A stretch of 64,000 nt of DNA from Octopus vulgaris (taxonomy: Eukaryota): contig OX597823.1 in assembly GCA_951406725.2 (NCBI GenBank), forward strand, positions 92,938,001 to 93,002,000, in the 5' to 3' direction. Below are positions 26,431-39,964 of this stretch, one piece after another. A program made the position numbers and the translations under genes. Position 1 is the stretch's first letter, and every line of letters begins with the position of its first letter. The notes below the pieces were generated by a model that ran no database searches, was not told the origin of the DNA, and saw nothing but the letters and a program-made list of their open reading frames with translations.

Positions 26431-27184
26431 TCCTGTCGACCAAATATCATCATAGAACTTTGATCAAACCGAGGCTAATTTAGACGTCGTCTTTTGGGAC
26501 GGAACACAAATCTCGCATTTGCAAAGCTAAATTCTTAACTTGAAAGATATTTCACTTCTCTCATAACTGAGCAGCGACCCCTACCATATCTTTAAGTTTA
26601 CTAGTGGAATGTCTTTTAATACACGTATGCAATTCTTGCACAAGGCCAGAATTATAGTCATGCCGATGATGTGGAGTCTAGTTCTCTACTAGTAATTTAT
26701 TTTATCGAAAGGTCGAAGGGCAAATTCAATCTCTACGCTTAATAGTTTGTCCGACGCACTCACATTTCTACCAGCCTGTCACTTTTGGTAAAAGGAAAGT
26801 GTATATATTGAATGAACAGTGTTACTATTATTTAGCCCCAAACCATATCTAATCTAAAAGGTCTAGGGCTACGATCCTAGAATTGTTAGTGCGTCGGATA
26901 AAATATTAAGCATCATTTCTCCTTGCCTTTTCTATTCTCAGTTGAAATTCCATCAAGACAGACGTGTTTCATCATTTTGTAGTTGGTTAAAGAATTACAA
27001 CTCAAGTACTGAGTGACTACATAATCTCCAAAAGCACACAAACGCGCGCGCACAAAAATTTCTGCTCTTAGCCCCAAATTTAAAACAATTATAAAGTGCG
27101 CTACACACACGATCCTTAATGGAAACTGCAAGGCATGTGTATCACCGTTTTTAAACTATGCGTACATTTCCTAAGAGATCCTAA

Positions 27185-27328
27185 CTTGACTGGTACTTAT
27201 TTCATCGACCCCGAAAAGATGAATGGTATAGTCGACCTCGGCGAAATTTGAACTCAGAACGTGGCGACAGACGAAATATCGCTAAGCATATCTCCCGGCG
27301 TGCTAACGATTCTGCCAGCTCGACGCCT
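27185..27328 (-). mobile_element. SINE family B 5' half
   Basis: CTGGTACTTATTTCATCGACCCCGAAAAGATGAA...CTGCCAGCTCGACGCC. Confidence 0.9.
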
Positions 27329-27632
<304 letters not shown>

Positions 27633-27649
27633 TAATGAGAATAATAAAA

Positions 27650-28088
27650 CTGTACTAAAACTGCTACCTTAGATATTCTTACTGATAAATGCCAAGAAAA
27701 ACCTTTCAATGGCAAATACCTAAAGAGAGCGAATAATGCAGATGTTGACAAAGTCCTTACCCATCAATGGTTAGTGTCTTCTGGCTTAAAATCAGAAACA
27801 GAAGGGTTTATCACAGCAGACCAAGATTGATGCGAACCTATAAGGAACTACCTGGCCAGCATATTAGAAAACGTCAGTAGCACAACATGTCGTGTATGAC
27901 AAAAACCAAATGAAACCATTGAGCATGTCTCCATGTTTAATCTTCTTGCGCCTACTGAGTATCTCAACAGGTATGCTAGAGCTGCACAATATATTCATTG
28001 TGTATTTTGCAAATGCCTGAATCTGCCCCATGATAAAAACTGGTGAGAACAAAAGCCACCTACAGTGCTTGAAAATGATCACATCTCA
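27650..28088 (+). pseudogene. Second R4/Dong-clade LINE fragment (post-RT to CCHC region), different subfamily from 6190-7572
   Basis: QEKPFNGKYLKRANNADVDKVLTHQWLVSSGLKSETEGFITADQD*...TCRV*..PNETIEHV...EYLNR...AQYIH...KPPTVLENDHI. Confidence 0.9.
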
Positions 28089-28089
28089 A

Positions 28090-28687
28090 TGACAGTTGCA
28101 TACAAAATTTCCTGCGACTGTCATTGTTTTAGGCGTTGTCACCAATGAAGGACATGTAATGCCTCCTTACTTCTTTCCACAATGATTTAGAGTTAACTCT
28201 GCCGCCTACATTGAGGTCCTGGACATAATTATTAAGCCCTAGACAGTGAATGCAATGGGAGTCCATATATGTTTCAGTAAGACTATCACACATAGCTCTA
28301 GTAACACAGGAACGGATGGCTGAAAACGTTCATAATCCCATAACCCCTAATATTAGGCCTACTAATTCCCCAGATCTCAATCCATCGGACTACTACAATG
28401 TTGAAAGAGAGGTCATTGAACACGCCCATAATACCAAAGATCCTTTGAAAGCTGCCATAGTCAGAGTAATGTCCAAAATGAATCATGACCACTTGATTCG
28501 AGCATGTAGATGATTTAGATCTCATATAGAAGCAGTTGTCGAAGCTAAAGGTGGATTTATTGAATAACGTTATAGAAAAAAAGGTTTATTTTTATCCTCA
28601 GTATTTTTGGATAAATAAAGTTATACTTTATGATATATATGTTTTTTTATAAACACATCTCTTTCCTCGAATATCTTACGGACCCTG
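28090..28687 (+). pseudogene. mariner-like (maT/DD37D-type) transposase C-terminal relic with right TIR
   Basis: TKFPATVIVLGVVTNEGHVMPPYFF, YMFQ*D, NSPDLNPSDYY, LIRAC..FRSHIEAVVEAKGGFIE*; ends ...CTTACGGACCCTG followed by TA (reverse CAGGGT TIR). Confidence 0.88.
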
Positions 28688-28906
28688 TATATACATATAT
28701 ATATATACACACATACATTCATACATATGTACATGCATGCATATAGGAAAACGCGCATCTAAGGTGTGCTTATGTGGTATATATGTGTGTGTGTGTGCGT
28801 GTGTGTGTGTGAGTGTATTTTTGTATATAAATAGATAAATAAATAAATAGATAGATAGATAGATAGATAGATTGATAGATATATAGATAGATAGATAGAT
28901 TGATAT

Positions 28907-28941
<35 letters not shown>

Positions 28942-29420
28942 TGTATGTACATGTGTGTACACGTATGTATGTGTGGAAGTACGTGCGGGTGAAGTATGGG
29001 CGTGTGCATGCAAGAATGTACGTAAGTCGGTGTCATGCAACCACTGTTTATATTATAGGATTTATTGCGTTTGTGAAGAGTTTACTGTCAGAAAATGAAG
29101 CAATATTGTCTTGTTTTGTGACTATGTACCGAGTGAGATGCACTATAATATCGAAATATGTCAATCTTTCTAGTTTACCGGCGCGTAGAGCCTAATAAGA
29201 TCTCTGGTGCAGATAGGGAATTATTTGTGGGTTCATGTGTTGAATAATGCGGTTGGATAGAGGGAAACGACAAATAAGATCACAAACGTCAACTTCACAA
29301 CTGTTGACACCAATACCGTCAACCTTAGCAACCCCGTTGATATTGTTATCTATCAAAAGTTCGTTGTCATTAGCGACGACGTTGTTTAAAATCCTCAGAA
29401 GCACTGTCGTCATCAAGTGC

Positions 29421-29429
29421 AATAATAAT

Positions 29430-29490
<61 letters not shown>

Positions 29491-29634
29491 GTCATAATAA
29501 TAATAATAATATTAATAATAATAATAGCAATAATAATAATATTAATAAAAATAATAATAATAATAATAATTATATAAATAATATTGATAATAATAATAAT
29601 GATATTAATGAAAAATAATAATAATATTAATAAA

Positions 29635-29684
<50 letters not shown>

Positions 29685-29694
29685 TATTAATAAA

Positions 29695-29726
<32 letters not shown>

Positions 29727-29860
29727 ACCACTAAGATTATCTTTGCGGTACATATCGTACTGTCGTATTCCCTGGTGCAGTCCTATACCTCGTGGATATA
29801 ATTATCATCATCTCTTGCAGTAGCTGTAGCAACAAAAAGAGCAACAACAGTCAACATCAG

Positions 29861-29898
<38 letters not shown>

Positions 29899-30260
29899 CC
29901 ATCATCATCATTATCATCATCGTCATCACTACCACCCTTATCTTCATCTTCCTCTCATCTACATCATCATCATCATCATCAACATCATCTGCATCATCAT
30001 CATTATCACCATCATCATCATTATAATCATCGTCATCATCGTCACTATCATCATCAATAAGTGCGTGCTAATCTATTTTTAACCTATCACCATCTGTGCC
30101 ATTGTACCCACAACCAGCCAATGATACAAAAACCATTTTATGAACATTATTATCTTCATTAATATAATCTTCTTTTTTCTGAACGGTCATATCATCATAC
30201 TCAGCTTCGTTATCCTCATACTCATCCGCCTCCTCTCCCGCATCATCATCGTCATCATTT
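29421..30260. repeat. Compound trinucleotide island: (AAT)n then (CAT)n
   Basis: Direct reading; similar mosaic islands at 47170-47800 and 53340-53460. Confidence 0.92.
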
Positions 30261-31479
30261 TTAGACTGCGTATCAGACATGCATTCCGTCATCGAATCGT
30301 AACAATCAGTTTCCCTCCCTTTACGTGCACCTCTCTCACTAATCGCCATTCAACATATCCACCTGTGCAACCGGATAGTCTATTCCTTCAAAGGAGATAT
30401 GGTAATATATCCGACTATTCAGACTCGTCTAGACACAGCCTGTTCTCACCTCTTTTAAGTACCTTTTGTATATAACAAATGTAATCATGTTCTTGGCATA
30501 CTGTTGTGTGTTTCCGTCTCCGTAAGCTGCCATAGCAAAGACATCCTGCATTTGTAAACGAAATGCCGAAGAGAAATCTATGAGGATCGGAGAGAGGAAT
30601 TCTCTGTGTGTATATATATAATGCAAATAAGAAAATGGAGAGGATATTCAATCGATAAGCATCAGGGGTAAATTTCACAATAAATTATTAATTCCCGTAA
30701 AGTTTATATAGATATGCGGTTTAATTTTACCTGTTTATAAAATAGTCGATGAGGGTTTCTTTATGTTTATCGCTTTCTATATATATATATATATATATAT
30801 CGTTAGAATATTTTTAAGTGTTTAATTTTATGAAATTTTTAGAATTTTGGGGGATTTTATAATTTTGTAATTTAAAATGTTTTAAACATTGTAAAAATAT
30901 ATTAGGAAGTTATATTACTCTTTTACTCTTTTACTTGTTTCAGTCATTTGACTGCGGCCATGCTGGAGCACCGCCTTTTATCCTTATTTCTAAAATAAAA
31001 TATCTTAGAATTTGTAGAATAAAGTAGGATCCCCTTAATAATAATAATAATAGAAGAAAAATAGCCTGAGGCCGCACTGGTGGATTTATGAATTAGGTAT
31101 TGGCTGGTAAAACAAACCGCCAGGGAAGAAACACGTGTAGCGTTGATTAATATTATCTTCTTTCCCCACAGATTAATAACAGGTAAGGTACATATATTCT
31201 AAACATATGATTAAATAATTTTTTAACTAATTCTATTGTACTTTATTTTATTGTACATTGTAGTAGGCTATAAAATGCTTATATTATTAGATTAGTATTT
31301 TGGATATCAACCTTCTCTCCAGAAAATAAGGTTATCCTGAAATTGAAGTTGTTGTCCTATTGGTAAAATGCCTAATTTGTAATTATATTATAATTGATAC
31401 TGTTTGCTTTGCATTGGTAATGTGTAAAATAGTACACATCATGATAACCTGAAGTAATTATTATTCCTTCATTTTTTTA

Positions 31480-31520
<41 letters not shown>

Positions 31521-31522
<2 letters not shown>

Positions 31523-31838
31523 GGTGGATGCCCCCTCGTTATCGAGTATGGCCACTGCACGAAGCTTAATCAATGTTGTTATCATGCAATACCTGCGCAA
31601 GAAGATTTTTTTTAAGTGAGGAAAGCAACAGCAGCCATAATCCGAAAAGAAGAACAAGTCAACATCATCGGTAACCACTGAACCGCAGCTTTTATATCGG
31701 AGTTATCCCACTTACCTGAGTTACCTTCTCCTAGAAGGATACCCTAACAAAGGCTAGGAGTCCTTCACTCCCAATAGTTTAACCGCGCGATCGGGTATTC
31801 AGTTCGATTATTTCTATGTCCCCGCGCATGATACAGCC
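31521..31838 (-). mobile_element. RTE-derived non-autonomous element, truncated copy of 54032-54690
   Basis: Reverse complement of 54253-54685 with internal deletions (TTACCTTCTCCTAGAAGGAT.CCCTAACAAAGGCTAGGAGTC). Confidence 0.8.
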
Positions 31839-32904
31839 ATAAATCAGTGCAAGTTTGTAAAAAAATTAGATTAGTATAACAGTAATAATATTGGGATTTG
31901 AGGAACAAATCTGGTAGTGATTATGATGAGATGGCTTATACAATAAATTAAATCCCTGCTTCTGGTATCATCTGCTTTGTGGACCGGCGTGCAAACGGAA
32001 GACTCAACGTCTCCTCCCTGTCTCGTAAAAAATAACTAGAGGTGATTGTGGTAGGATTTGTTCTCTGAACACATACACAGCGACACATGAGGTTGATGGT
32101 TGTCGTCTGAGGAATGCTATGGTGTCATTCACCGGGAGTAGGAAATCATCAAACAGTTAATTATAGGCACATGCGTGGCTGTTTGAGACGTAGGCGTGGC
32201 TGTGTGTAGGCGCAGGCCTGGCTGTGTGGTAAGTAGCTTGCTTCCCATGAGGCTTTGAAACTTCCTATGATTCTTCGCTGTCGGTGTGCGCATGTGCCAT
32301 TGTGATGTACACTGAAGAAGTTACGTCTTTCGTGAAATATTGAACTTTGAGACTCGACTACAGGTAGGCGTTTGTTGTATTTTTTGAGGGCTTAGTGGAG
32401 TTTGTTGCCGTTACCGCCACCCTTCTATCTAACCTGTTCTTTAGCTATCAAAAGTTTGTAGGCGATTACGCATATTAGGCTGCAAAGAAATTGGCTGATA
32501 GAGACCAAAATAAAAATGGATTGCTCTGCAGTAAAATAGTTCGAATGAAATTTTGATAAGTAAAATATGAATAAATCCTCTCAAATTTCAAGATAAGAAA
32601 GATTGGTTCCATAATTCTGAGAACTAGTTAAATGACAGCTCATATATACAACAGATTACATTCACTAACAATATTGAAACCAATGGAGAATATTCAAACT
32701 ACACTTCTATGACGTGTTGCTCCAAACGATTTCAATACATCATACATCAAATCTTGACACAGAACTATCTTAAATATAAAATGAAACCCGTCGTATGTTC
32801 TTTCGTCTGTGCAAAGCAGTTAAATATTATACGAAGGTTTAAAAGAACTTATATCAAATTCAATGCATAGAATTAAGCATACATAAAAATATTTCTTTTT
32901 TTCT

Positions 32905-33290
32905 TCAACTCTAGGCATAAGGTCCAAAATTCTTGGCGTGGGGGGGCAGTCGATTATATTGTACGCGACTGGTATTTAATTTGTCGGCCCGAAAGGTTGA
33001 AAGGAAAAGTTGACCACGGCAGAATTTGAACTCAGAACATTAAGACAGACGAAATACCTAATTCTTTATTACCCACAAGGGGATAAACATAGAGGGGACA
33101 AACAAGGACAGACAAACGGATCAAGTCGATTACATCAACCCCAGTGCGTAAGTGGTACTTAATTTATCGACCCCGAAAGGATGGAAGGCAAAGTCGACCT
33201 CGGCGGAATTTGAATTCAGAACGTAACGGCAGACGAAATACGGCTACGCATTTCGCCCGGCGTGCTAACGTTTCTGCCAGCTCGCCACCT
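32905..33290 (-). mobile_element. SINE family B dimer
   Basis: Same two-core layout and same junction GACGAAATACC|TAATTCTTTATTACCCACAAGGGG as 26036-26430. Confidence 0.93.
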
Positions 33291-34229
33291 TATGCATAAA
33301 ACTATTGGTACCACGTAAAGTAACTAATCCCCAGTTGTCAGGGCTGTAAACCTGTAATTCTATTTTGTGCAATCAACACTGTTGAATACTTATCCGCACT
33401 CGGCGAAATAAGTTTATCGGCGAAATAAGTCGACTAAACAGGTAAAGTCACCGCAATATACATGTAATTTACATGAAATTTTACTTGAATTCTTTGTCAT
33501 ACACATACGCATTCACACTTACGAGTCTTTGCTGTCTCTGTATTTATACTCTAGACACAAAGATACAAGCACGTACACATATACGTGTGGGTATCTATGT
33601 ACAGACGTAGTTTTGTGATTATATATGTCTACGTGTGTCTGGGTGCTTGAGTATTGTCAATTTATATCTTAACCATAAGGCAAATTTAACACATTTAACA
33701 GCGAAAATCGAATTTATTTAGTGAAAAATTTAACTAAGAATTAACGAACTGAAGCAGCAGAGAATTGTAGATAAGCGTTTAGTTTTAATCTCACGTGTAA
33801 ACTATTCTCTTTACATATAATTCTATATTGTAATTAGATTTTTAACGAAAAAATTTCGCCTGTAAACTCTTATAAAATATCTCTGATAAATATCATAACT
33901 TAATAGGTAAGACTTGTTTTCTCATGTAGTAATTCCTGTGTTTCTTTATATGCAAAAAATTAAGTCTACTTTCAATTATGTTAGAATTTAATCCGCTAAA
34001 ATGACATCAATGCGGATTAGCTTGGCGAAATGACTGTTTGTAGTTGAGAAACGAATGCTTAGACAACGACAATGGTAAATTAATTGATTCTGTAAAGAGT
34101 GTTGCGACAATTATAGGCTCAGTTTAATATTTATCAAGAGAAATATTTGCCTCACTATAACTAGGGCGAAAACGATTGAATTACAAAATGTGATATATAT
34201 CCATAGAAAGAGAGAGGGGGAGAGAGGAA

Positions 34230-34266
<37 letters not shown>

Positions 34267-34414
34267 TAAACAGAGAGGTAGAGAAGGAGAGAGTAGAGGT
34301 AGGGAGAAAATAGACAGGGAATATTTTCGCGCAAATCTTTTATTTCTAAATTCTCTGTTTAAATAAATTTGAACAAACGACCATTAATTGGTTGATGCTA
34401 ATTTGGAGGTTATT

Positions 34415-34570
34415 AGACGTGGTTGTGTAAGAAGCTTGCTTCCGAATCATATGGTTCGACGTTCAGTCCTATGGCATGGCAACTTGAGCAAGTGTCTTTT
34501 GCTATAACCTCGGGCCGATGAAAACCTTGTGAGTGGATTTGGTAGACGGAAATTGTAAGAAGCCCCTTGT

Positions 34571-34572
<2 letters not shown>
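34415..34572 (+). mobile_element. SINE family A 5' half
   Basis: GTAAGAAGCTTGCTTCC...GTTCAGTCC...CTTGAGCAAGTGTC...CCTTGTGAGTGGATTTGGTAGACGGAAA. Confidence 0.85.
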
Positions 34573-34668
<96 letters not shown>

Positions 34669-35089
34669 ATCTGTATGTATGTATATATACACATATATAT
34701 AGTTGTGTGTGTGTGTGTGTGTTTACTATCGTATCGTCAGTTCAAATATCCGAAAATGTACCCCATTCTAACACATTAGTGTAGTAATGTATTTTTCTAG
34801 GAAGTTAAAATTCATGGCTGGTGATAGAGTGACCTTTGGCGTCGCGCTTAGCAGTGTAGGTGACTCGTTCGATTCAAATTATTGAAGACTCATAAACTCT
34901 TTACAACTGGAGAAAGAAAATCGTAACGGTCAGATAGTTTTGAAGACAAAAAATATTCTCCGTGCTTCAGGCGGGACGAGTTTAGTTTCCTTAAATCAGA
35001 TTAGGCCGTGGCGATATTAGAATGATCTGCGGCGGGTCTATTCAGCGAATTGAGTATACCAGGTCTGTAGTAGCAAACGATCTAGAGGA

Positions 35090-36395
35090 GAGCATTGACT
35101 GAATACTTCCTTCCTCGAGTGAAATTGTTAGGATTCTTGCCCTTGCTGCCAGACAAAGGTCACATCGTCTGCTCCCGTTTATATTAGTCCCTAGTTGTTC
35201 AAGAATCTTCCATTTAATTATGCACGAGGTTCCTTCATCTTTTAAGTTCCATCCGTATCTGTCTAGGGACGTGATGTTGCACCTTTCTGGGTATGCTAAA
35301 AGAGGAGTTGTGTTTGTTCAGGAGTCAAACCGACATATTTTCCTGCCTGTGTATCAGCTGTGTTAACATCTCCGATGTTTCTTTCGTTAACGCCAATGTC
35401 ATTGTTGTGATTGTTGGAGTTGCCGCCGGTGTTGATATTCCTTCATGTGATTCTGGCAGTTGTGGTACTGATGACATAGCAGCTATCTCCAGCTGCAAAG
35501 TTGGTGTTGTTGCTGCCGTTGTAACTGTTGGTATTGTTGTCTCTGCTGCTTGATATGCTGCTGTTGCCACCGACGTCGCAGCTGCCATTGCTGTCGATGC
35601 TGCTGTTGTCGGTGGAAGTATCTTTGCTGCTTAGTCTCTTACCCTCGCTACTACTGTTGCCGCTGGTGCTGTTGCAGCTGTTGCTGTTGAGCGTAGCGGT
35701 CTTCGTCCAGTGGGAGAAGTTCGAAACGAGGTCCTTTGCTATTCGTAAGACCCGCAGAAGAGAGAGCAGGTCAACCTCCAACACCAAGAGCAGCGACGGA
35801 TGGATGAATGCGCATCCAGGCTCAGCAGTTGCGTAGGAAGTCGGGGACAAGAAACAGGAAGAAAGAGTGAGAGAAAGTTGGAGCGAAAGAGTACAACAGG
35901 GGTCGCCACCACTCTCTGCCGGAGCCTCGTGGAGCTTTAGGTGTTTTCGCTCAATAATCACACACAACGCCCGGTCCGGGAATCGAAACCGCGATCCTCC
36001 CTCCGCGAGTCCGTTGCCCTAACCTTTGGGCCATTGCGCCTCCACTTGCTGTTGCCGCTGTCGTTGTTGTCGATGTTGTTGCTGTCGCTGGATGTGTCGT
36101 TGTTGCTTAGGCGCTTGCTCTGGATGGCAGTGTCAGTTACCACCTCAGCCTCATACACGACCCCCTCGTCTTCTCAATAACTCCACCACCGAGCAGTCAT
36201 TGCATACACTACATGAGCATCCTGTCTCTCTTCGAGGTTTAGGAGTGCTCTTTAAATGTTCCTTAATGTTGGGTACGCAAGCATAATATACCCTCGAGTT
36301 GTGCCTGTTAAACAAATGTCCGTATCTGAATGACTGTGTGAAGTATTTGTCAACCAATTTAAAGAATAATCTTCCCACGCAGGTTTAAACTTTGA
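35090..36395 (-). pseudogene. Penelope-like element (Naiad-type) linker plus GIY-YIG endonuclease relic, interrupted by a SINE
   Basis: VGRLFFKLVDKYF...HLFNRHNSRVYYACVPNIK...GCSC..C..C, then VVYEAEVVT ... KYVGLT, NKHNSSF, TSLDRYGWNLKDEG...IKWKILEQ...NGSRRCDLCL. Confidence 0.88.
35690..36045 (-). mobile_element. SINE family C, tail type 2, full length with 9-bp TSD
   Basis: Head GTGGAGGCGCAATGGCCC...GGTTTCGATTCCC; TTGCTGTTG direct repeats at 35681-35689 and 36046-36054. Confidence 0.93.
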
Positions 36396-36707
36396 CTGTT
36401 TCATGGGAAGTCGTGTTCATAAATTGGTAAATGTAAGAACTGATGAACATGAATACGAGGACAAGGAAAATTGTGACAGTGCACGGAGCATTCCGTTCCA
36501 AGACTGACACTTATAGGTTGTTCATATCCAGAAGAAAGGGTGCGAGAGGTTTGACCAGTTGCCAGGCTTGTGTAGAAGTAGAGGAAAACAGCTGAGTTAT
36601 ATATATATAAGTTCAGCAAAATTTAGATTCAGATGTATATGGTACTTAAGTGAAAGGCACCAGAAGTTTGCATGGCATTATCCATATAAATCAAATGGGG
36701 TGATTAT

Positions 36708-36831
36708 AATCAAAATAAGCAACAAGGGTATCCAACATAGTGTAGTACAATCGTTTCATGCTACTTCATTTTATAAAATCAAAATAAGCAACAGGGATAT
36801 CCAAGGTAGCGTAGTACAATCGTTTCATGCT
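36708..36831. repeat. Tandem duplication, ~69-bp period, 2 copies
   Basis: AATCAAAATAAGCAACA.GG.TATCCAA..TAG.GTAGTACAATCGTTTCATGCT occurs twice. Confidence 0.9.
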
Positions 36832-37998
36832 TTGATTATATATACGACGAGATTCTTTTCAGTTTCCGACTGCCAGACCCACTCATCATATTTTGGGTTG
36901 GCCCCAAAAGAGACACCCCAATGTTGTCATGCAGTGGTGCTGAACTCAGAACCATTCACTTGGAAATCCAGTTTTCCCTCACAACTTTGTCTCTGTGTGT
37001 GTTTGTGCTTGTGTGTGTGTGTGTGTTTGCGGTTGTGTATGTGTGTATGTATGTATATATGTATAAATTCGCAATAGGTTCGTTATTTTTCAAAAGTATA
37101 GACGTACAATTTTGTCTTGAATGATATGATGTTGAATTCTATACAAATGACGCATACATATTTTGATTCACAATGTTTCAAAGATGGACGCTCGCTTTCG
37201 TCTAAGTACATGAATTTTTTATTCGTGTTTATATTGATTCATACATTTGTTGTTGTCAAATTAATTAGTTTGTATTTCAATATAATTAGTTTACTCACAT
37301 ACCCATACACACACAAACACACACACGAATATATACACATTTACACACGCTACACATACAAACGCATTCATAGACACGTATGTATACATATACACGCACA
37401 CATATTTTGTCTCCAAATAAATTGGTTTCTGTTTAATGATTTGAAGAATAATAAAAAAAATGAAATTCAAAAATATATGTACTAATTGATATAATCGTCT
37501 AGGGAATGAGATAACGTCACTCCAATGGCGAGTGAAACAAACAATATGAAAATACTCTAATATTAATAGTTACATGAACATTGTTATTCTCGGAGAACAG
37601 CGTGGAAACTCACAGGATAGAACATTCAGTGCGAGAGAGAAGGAAAGGCTGAGAGAATCAATCAGACATAAAAAGCAGAGATCAAATCAAAATTGGCCAT
37701 CTATGGTGATTGATAGTTTTGCTATTAATCTCTTGTATCCTGAAGGATTCAATTTTAGGAAGCGGGCAAGTAGAATAAAATGGCTTTGCACATATTGCTG
37801 ATGTTTTCCTCTAGATTGCCTTTTCTTAAATGTCAATCAAAAGTGGCTTCCATCGTTTGAAGCGCGCATAATTTTGATTACCTTGATCGTAAGCATCCTA
37901 TTCTACGCGACTGAGGATGTACCGTGCTCGTCGTGGTGTGATAAAATTCAAATATCCATCATGTGCGTTTTTAGCTACATTTCATAAGTAACTAAGAA

Positions 37999-38067
<69 letters not shown>

Positions 38068-38680
38068 TAAATAATGAGGGAGATAAATTGAATATTAATT
38101 ATTTAATACCAATTTAAAATTAGTTGCCTAGAATATAATAAATCTGAAAAAATTTCAACATGTGTATATTTAGGGCTATAAACGACTAGGTGGATAACCA
38201 TATGCTAGAAGTGGATCACATACGATCTAACTACAAAGAAAGAATGTTCTCCAGAATGTTCTCTTTCTTTGAAGTTACATCGTATTTGGTTTTCTTCTAG
38301 CATATCTTTTTGGGTTTTTTTGGTCTGAGGTTCCTTGACAAAGGAGATAGATGGTAATATAGGTGGGTAGGTAGGTAGGTAGTTAGGTAGGTAGGTAGGT
38401 AGGTAGGTAGGTAGATAGATAGATTGACAGATAGATAGATATACAAGATATACAGATGGATAGATTGACAGGGAGATAAATAGATAGTCAGATAGATAGA
38501 TAGGTAGAGAGAGGGAGAGAGAAGGGACCCCGTCCCTATTCACCATACATTTACCATTGTATTGGAATGGGCTTAATGATAGTGACTTCTTCACCCCACC
38601 CCCCAAAAAAAGGTGTGACGTGGTCATCACTGAAAGTTTTTTGCTTTCTTTCTCTCTTCCCCTCTTTTCTCTCTTTTTCT

Positions 38681-38729
<49 letters not shown>

Positions 38730-39499
38730 CACTATATTGGGCAAATTTTTTCTTGTGTAGTAATGAAACCCGTCATCCTTACTCCCATTTTCCTCTTACT
38801 TAACATCATCTGCAGTAAGTGCATGCAACAAGAACTATGACACTTCCACTTGAATATCCGCGTTACACAATTTTGCCCGGCTGCATAATTCACTTTTTTC
38901 AATTTTTTCCTGTTGTCTTCTTTGTGCAAAGCAGCTTTTACACACACGCACCACCCCAGTAATTTTTCACACATGTCTCTACAGTTGCAATTAATGAATA
39001 TGTATCTAACTTTAAGCTACGGATAATGTTTCACACAGTTTGTATTAGCTGTTAATTAGTCACCTGGAAACCAGGGATACACCGACAGTATTCGCACATT
39101 TAATTTTTAGCACCAGAGAGTCAAGAATTAAAATATAATATTACCAAATAAAGACGGCAAACCGAAAAAGAGAAACAGCATCCAAGAGAATGTCAGAATT
39201 AAACGTACTTCATAATTCTTTCAAGCCTGCTTTTAACTATTTATTAATATTCTTACATGTATATATCCCCAGAAGAGAATAACAGCGGTTAGATAAATCT
39301 TGGGAAGGCATTCAATTCGAACTTAGTCTTGGGTCCTGGCATTAAAAAGTGTAAAACCAGCTTCTGTAAATTATGACCAAAAATTACTGAAATTTTAGAT
39401 GTCACAGATTTGAATATAAAAGATATAGACTGTGACAAGGTCACATAAGTTTATCATATTGTGAGATATCGAATCGCTATAGAGAGTGTTTACACGAGC

Positions 39500-39920
39500 T
39501 TCAGTCACCCTTGTGCTTTTGAGCACATTTGGCAACGTGTTGGCACCGCTGGATTCTGTTGGTTACAGTTATCCTCGCATCCAGTTGTGTGATATTAGGC
39601 TCATTAATCGTGTCGGTTATGAATGTTCTGTGCCATATAGTTTTCGGTTTTCCTTTCTTTTGCCATCCGGCAGAGTTCATTTGAAAATTGTTTCAGAATT
39701 TTTTTTTAGAATGGCGTTGTCCTGCTAGTCTGATTATATGGCCTGCTAATTTTAATATTCCTTCTGTGATTGCTTCGTTATGTAGGCTTCTGCTGGCGCT
39801 CTTTGGAATGCTTTCATTGGTTATATGATCTCACTAGTGCGTTGCTAGTGTCTTTCTGCAGCATCTTTGGTGGAGCACATCTAGCTTTCTATCGATTTCA
39901 ATGCTAGTCTTCTACATCTC
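39500..39920 (-). pseudogene. RTE-clade LINE 3' coding relic
   Basis: Minus-strand DHITNESI...LKLAGHIIRL...PDGKRKGKPKTIWHRTF resembles RTE DHITNEE..RLAGHILR..GKRKRGRPKTTWRRT. Confidence 0.7.
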
Positions 39921-39964
39921 AGTAACAGAACTGTTAGAAGAAGTATAGAAACCTTGAACGATCG

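Noticed and set aside
35443-35445. In-frame TGA as selenocysteine (some Naiad elements encode Sec)
   Set aside because: It lies in a low-complexity loop rather than a Cys motif, I see no SECIS, and the copy has frameshifts elsewhere; a nonsense mutation is simpler.
35325-35588. Mucin-like Thr/Ala-rich ORF
   Set aside because: It is an alternative frame of the low-complexity insert inside the Penelope-like endonuclease.
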